A stretch of DNA of 64,000 bases. Origin: Candidatus Collierbacteria bacterium GW2011_GWB2_45_17 (lineage in GTDB: Bacteria; Patescibacteriota; Microgenomatia; UBA1400; MFAQ01). This document shows, piece after piece, positions 61,295-64,000 of the stretch (its first letter is position 1; every line of letters begins with the position of its first letter). The position numbers and the translations under genes are program-made. The notes beneath the pieces are model-generated. The model searched no databases and was not told the origin of the DNA. It saw only the letters and a program-made list of their open reading frames with translations. The DNA lies in assembly GCA_001001485.1 (NCBI GenBank), contig LCKO01000001.1:76517-140516 (forward strand). The letters run 5' to 3'.

Positions 61295-61912
61295 ATGAAA
61301 CAAATAATCGCAAAAACTGCAGGTCTTGCTTGGCAAAGTGCGCTCAAATACGTATCTACTGAAGGACACGATATCAAAGATGGAGAGAAAGATCTAAAGG
61401 AGGTAATGAATGTTTTTCTAACCGTTGAAAGTCCTAGTGGATCAGATCCAATACTAGAGAAATTTGCAGATCAGGCAATGATCGATTGGATGAGAAAAAA
61501 CTTTCTATCATTAGATCCAGTGGCAAATTGGAGATACAGTTATGGCCAAAGGTTTACAGATTACTATGGTATTGATCAGATAAAGGGAATCATCGAGAAA
61601 CTAAAGAAAAATCCAGAATCGAAGTCAGCAACAATCACACTTATGGATCCGAAAGGAGATGGAGGACATATACCCTGTATAGTCGCCCTTGATTTTAAGA
61701 TTCGTGACGGCAAACTCATGACCACAGCATTTTTCAGAAGCCAAGACGTTGGAAAGAAAATTTATGCTGACATAATCTGTTTGGGTGAAATTGCCCAAAA
61801 AATAGCTAATGAGGTTAACGCTCAAAATGGGGAATTAAATATTTTAATCGTCTCACTTCACTTATACGAAGAAGATCGAGACAAGATTAACCAATTACTT
61901 AATGCATCATGA
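61295..61912 (+). CDS. Short thymidylate-synthase-fold protein (ThyA / pyrimidine hydroxymethylase superfamily, methanogen-type length)
   Basis: 'IDQIKGIIEKLKKNPESKSATITLMDPKGDGGHIPCIVALDFKIRDGKLMTTAFFRSQDVGKK' runs parallel to the ThyA core ('DQ...l..nP.SRR......P.....PC......f.....L.....RS.D...G'). The protein is only 205 aa. Confidence 0.65.
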   Translation: MKQIIAKTAGLAWQSALKYVSTEGHDIKDGEKDLKEVMNVFLTVESPSGSDPILEKFADQAMIDWMRKNFLSLDPVANWRYSYGQRFTDYYGIDQIKGIIEKLKKNPESKSATITLMDPKGDGGHIPCIVALDFKIRDGKLMTTAFFRSQDVGKKIYADIICLGEIAQKIANEVNAQNGELNILIVSLHLYEEDRDKINQLLNAS

Positions 61913-62715
61913 AAAAATCAACTTTTCCTATTAGGGTTTTCAGTAACCGTGATGAGGATTCAAAAATTTTAGAAATGATGAATAACATATTCCTCTATCG
62001 TCGAGGGTATATTTCTAAAGTACCAAAAAATGAAGATGTTGTCTTTATCTTTTCTGGTGGTCTAGATTCTAGTATCACTTTGGACATGATCATTAATGAG
62101 TGGGGAGTGAATGTCTTCCCTCTATTTGTAAGAAGGAGTGCTAGAGCCACGAAGTTTGAAGAGGAGTCGGTACGGTTCTTTGTTGATTTTTACCAAAAAA
62201 AATATCCCGGTCGCATGCAAAATCTAGAAGTAGTTGAAATCGAAGTACCACCACTACCATTCAAGAAGTATCCGGAAGTAGATAGATTGAAGAAACTTGG
62301 ACATCCGATGAGGAATGCGGTTTTGCAATCATTAGGAGTTCAGTATGCACAGAAACTAAGGGCCACCGTGTCGCCAAAACTAAACACAGTACTAACTGCT
62401 ACAGTGGGAGACGATAGCTTCCCCCACTCTTCTCTTCAGGCGCTAAGGAGTGTTAATCTGGGAGTCTGCATCGATACGGGAGATTGGGGATGGCAAGTTA
62501 CTTCTCCTCTGGTAGATGTTGTATATGAGGGGAGACCTCTATTCAAAAAAGATCTAATTGGATATGCCATAAAGCACAATCTCCCTTTAGACAAAACCAG
62601 AACTTGTATTGAAGGTGGTGAGAAACCAGATGGTACATGCCCTGAGTGCTTATGTAGACTTCGGGCTTTTGAGGCGGCAGGAGTTATTGATCCATTAGAT
62701 TATCAAAATCAATAG
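61909..62715 (+). CDS. QueC-like PP-loop ATPase, paralog 2
   Basis: 'VVFIFSGGLDSSITL', 'FPHSSLQALR' and 'CIEGG..PDGTCPECLCRLRAF'. Collinear with paralog 1 along its full length. A 4-nt overlap with the upstream gene. Confidence 0.7.
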   Translation: MKKSTFPIRVFSNRDEDSKILEMMNNIFLYRRGYISKVPKNEDVVFIFSGGLDSSITLDMIINEWGVNVFPLFVRRSARATKFEEESVRFFVDFYQKKYPGRMQNLEVVEIEVPPLPFKKYPEVDRLKKLGHPMRNAVLQSLGVQYAQKLRATVSPKLNTVLTATVGDDSFPHSSLQALRSVNLGVCIDTGDWGWQVTSPLVDVVYEGRPLFKKDLIGYAIKHNLPLDKTRTCIEGGEKPDGTCPECLCRLRAFEAAGVIDPLDYQNQ

Positions 62716-62717
62716 AC

Positions 62718-63356
62718 ATGTTTATTAGAATTGGTGGAATTCCAGGAGTCGGAAAATCAACGGTTATAGATAAGTTATCGAAAGTTGGGAAAATGTATGG
62801 GTTGCCGATTGAAAAAGTCAAAGGTGGAGATGTTTTGCTAAAACTCGCTGGCGTTTCTACTTATGACGAGCTTAGGAAGCTTCCAGAAAGTTTTCGAGCC
62901 TCACTCCGCCCAGAAATGTTTCGCATTATGTATGAGGAAGATAGGCAGAACCCTCAAGTAATTCGACTTCGAGATGCTCATTTCAGCCTTATTGATCCAG
63001 AAACAGGTCAGATCGTTACATTCCCTCTTCAGCATGAAGATAGTGAGCAGATGTTGGCAATGATAGTTCTAACTGCCGATCCTGAAATCATTCTTACCAG
63101 AAGACTCGGGGACAAAAGTAGATCTGATCGATTTATGGACTTGGATGTTATCATTGAAGAACAAAGGATAGAGATCGAAACTGCAGAAGCCCAATCAAAA
63201 CAGCTCGACAGAGAACTAGTTATTGTAGACAATTCTCCAGAGGGACTATCTGTATACAAAGAAATCATCAACAAGGCATTTCCTGAAGGTAATCTTTCCT
63301 CTACTTTGGAAGCTGCTATCTTTGGATCGGGTGGAAAATTAGAAACAAACAGATAA
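62718..63356 (+). CDS. P-loop kinase (archaeal adenylate-kinase / NMP-kinase-like)
   Basis: Walker A 'IGGIPGVGKSTVIDKL'. The size and layout match small nucleotide kinases. Confidence 0.6.
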   Translation: MFIRIGGIPGVGKSTVIDKLSKVGKMYGLPIEKVKGGDVLLKLAGVSTYDELRKLPESFRASLRPEMFRIMYEEDRQNPQVIRLRDAHFSLIDPETGQIVTFPLQHEDSEQMLAMIVLTADPEIILTRRLGDKSRSDRFMDLDVIIEEQRIEIETAEAQSKQLDRELVIVDNSPEGLSVYKEIINKAFPEGNLSSTLEAAIFGSGGKLETNR

Positions 63357-63360
63357 ACAT

Positions 63361-64000
63361 ATGTCAATTCTTGCAGATAACCAAGTCAAAGAGATGATCT
63401 CAGCAAAAATGCTGAATATTGATCCATTTTTTTCAGATTTCTTAGGACCTAACCTCTATTATTGCCATTTGGGAAATAAGTTTCTTGTACCAAAGAATGA
63501 AGTCAGGACTTTTGACCCTCTAACTATGGAGTCCAAAGACATTTTCGAATCAGTTGAGACTAACCTGCCTATCACCATAAAAACCCAAGGCTTTCTACTA
63601 GCTGAAACATTTGAATATTTTGGCGTAGATGACAAGCATGTTGTAAAACTCATGAACTCAAGTTCTTTGGCTCGTTGCGGAATTTCCCATGCTGCCATAG
63701 GGATGATTAACGCTGGTTGTGGTATGGAGAAGCCCGTTAAGTTAACTCTTGAACTCGTTAATAACGCACCTTTTGATGTTATCCTTACACCCACCTCAAT
63801 TGACGAAAATAAAAAAATTATCTGGGGAACTGAAGTCTTGAAAATTGCTGTTGAAACAATGAGTTTTAAACCTGATTCCTCTTATGATAAGTGGAGATTC
63901 GCTGCGTACAACAAAGACCAAAAACCCAGTGGTTCGAAAATGAAAAATCGCTTTGAATCGGGAAAGGAATTTATTGTTCCAACAAACTCCCTATACAACA
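63361..64000 (+). CDS. dCTP deaminase / dUTPase-superfamily protein (3'-partial, runs off the window)
   Basis: Hand translation from the ATG at 63361 gives 'MSILADNQVKEMISAKMLNIDPFFSDFLGPNLYYCHLGNKFLV...LLAETFEYFGVDDKHVVKLMNSSSLARCGISHAAIGMINAGCGMEKPVKLTLELVNNAPFDV', which runs parallel to Dcd ('GRSSl.R.G......g.idpGf.g..tLEl.N'). No stop occurs before nt 64000. The ORF is not in the ORF track. Confidence 0.7.
   Translation, partial: MSILADNQVKEMISAKMLNIDPFFSDFLGPNLYYCHLGNKFLVPKNEVRTFDPLTMESKDIFESVETNLPITIKTQGFLLAETFEYFGVDDKHVVKLMNSSSLARCGISHAAIGMINAGCGMEKPVKLTLELVNNAPFDVILTPTSIDENKKIIWGTEVLKIAVETMSFKPDSSYDKWRFAAYNKDQKPSGSKMKNRFESGKEFIVPTNSLYN

Noticed and set aside
1-64000. CRISPR array or other regularly spaced repeat array
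   Set aside because: The recurring hairpin repeats (families R1-R4, REP) are dispersed, variably oriented in context and not separated by uniform spacers. No cas-like genes were seen.

Overview
The gene content and compact, overlapping gene layout suggest a chromosome segment from a small-genome, CPR/Patescibacteria-like bacterium. This lineage call is an inference. Supporting signs are a DUF5679 zinc-ribbon gene, a short 309-nt RNase P RNA, a tRNA without an encoded CCA alongside a cca gene, and many small secreted or membrane proteins of unknown function. The core is housekeeping: miaB-miaA, rnpB, secDF, cca, a RelA/SpoT homolog, gltX, lon, lgt, proS, rarA, a NadM-like gene plus nadE, a TrmH-family methyltransferase and an ABC exporter. 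Four things stand out. (1) An accessory island of about 14 kb (about 23.1-37.2 kb) abuts tRNA-Gln(CUG). It looks like a tandem accretion of decayed integrative elements: att-like pseudo-tRNA remnants recur at about 23.7, 27.3, 31.9 and 37.05 kb. Only the tRNA-proximal unit keeps its large serine recombinase. Cargo includes an Erm-like rRNA methyltransferase, a peptide deformylase, a HEPN-like protein, nuclease-like proteins and a signal-peptidase-like protein. (2) Inside that unit, a perfect 93-bp inverted repeat brackets a 3.3-kb three-gene segment next to the recombinase, making it a candidate invertible segment. (3) An AT-rich operon of at least seven genes (58.9 to >64 kb) runs off the window. 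It encodes a HAM1 NTP pyrophosphatase, two paralogous QueC-like PP-loop ATPases, a HisC-like PLP enzyme, a short thymidylate-synthase-fold protein, a P-loop kinase and a dCTP-deaminase-family protein. I read it as a candidate pyrimidine (deoxy)nucleotide modification pathway, and it is my best candidate for an undescribed system. (4) Several families of small hairpin repeats are scattered through the window. One family sits in-frame inside miaA (twice) and inside the 5' end of a D-Ala-D-Ala carboxypeptidase gene. A RAYT transposase is flanked by its own REP hairpins. No CRISPR array, rRNA or reverse transcriptase was seen. All functional calls rest on motifs read by eye from the supplied translations; no database search was run.
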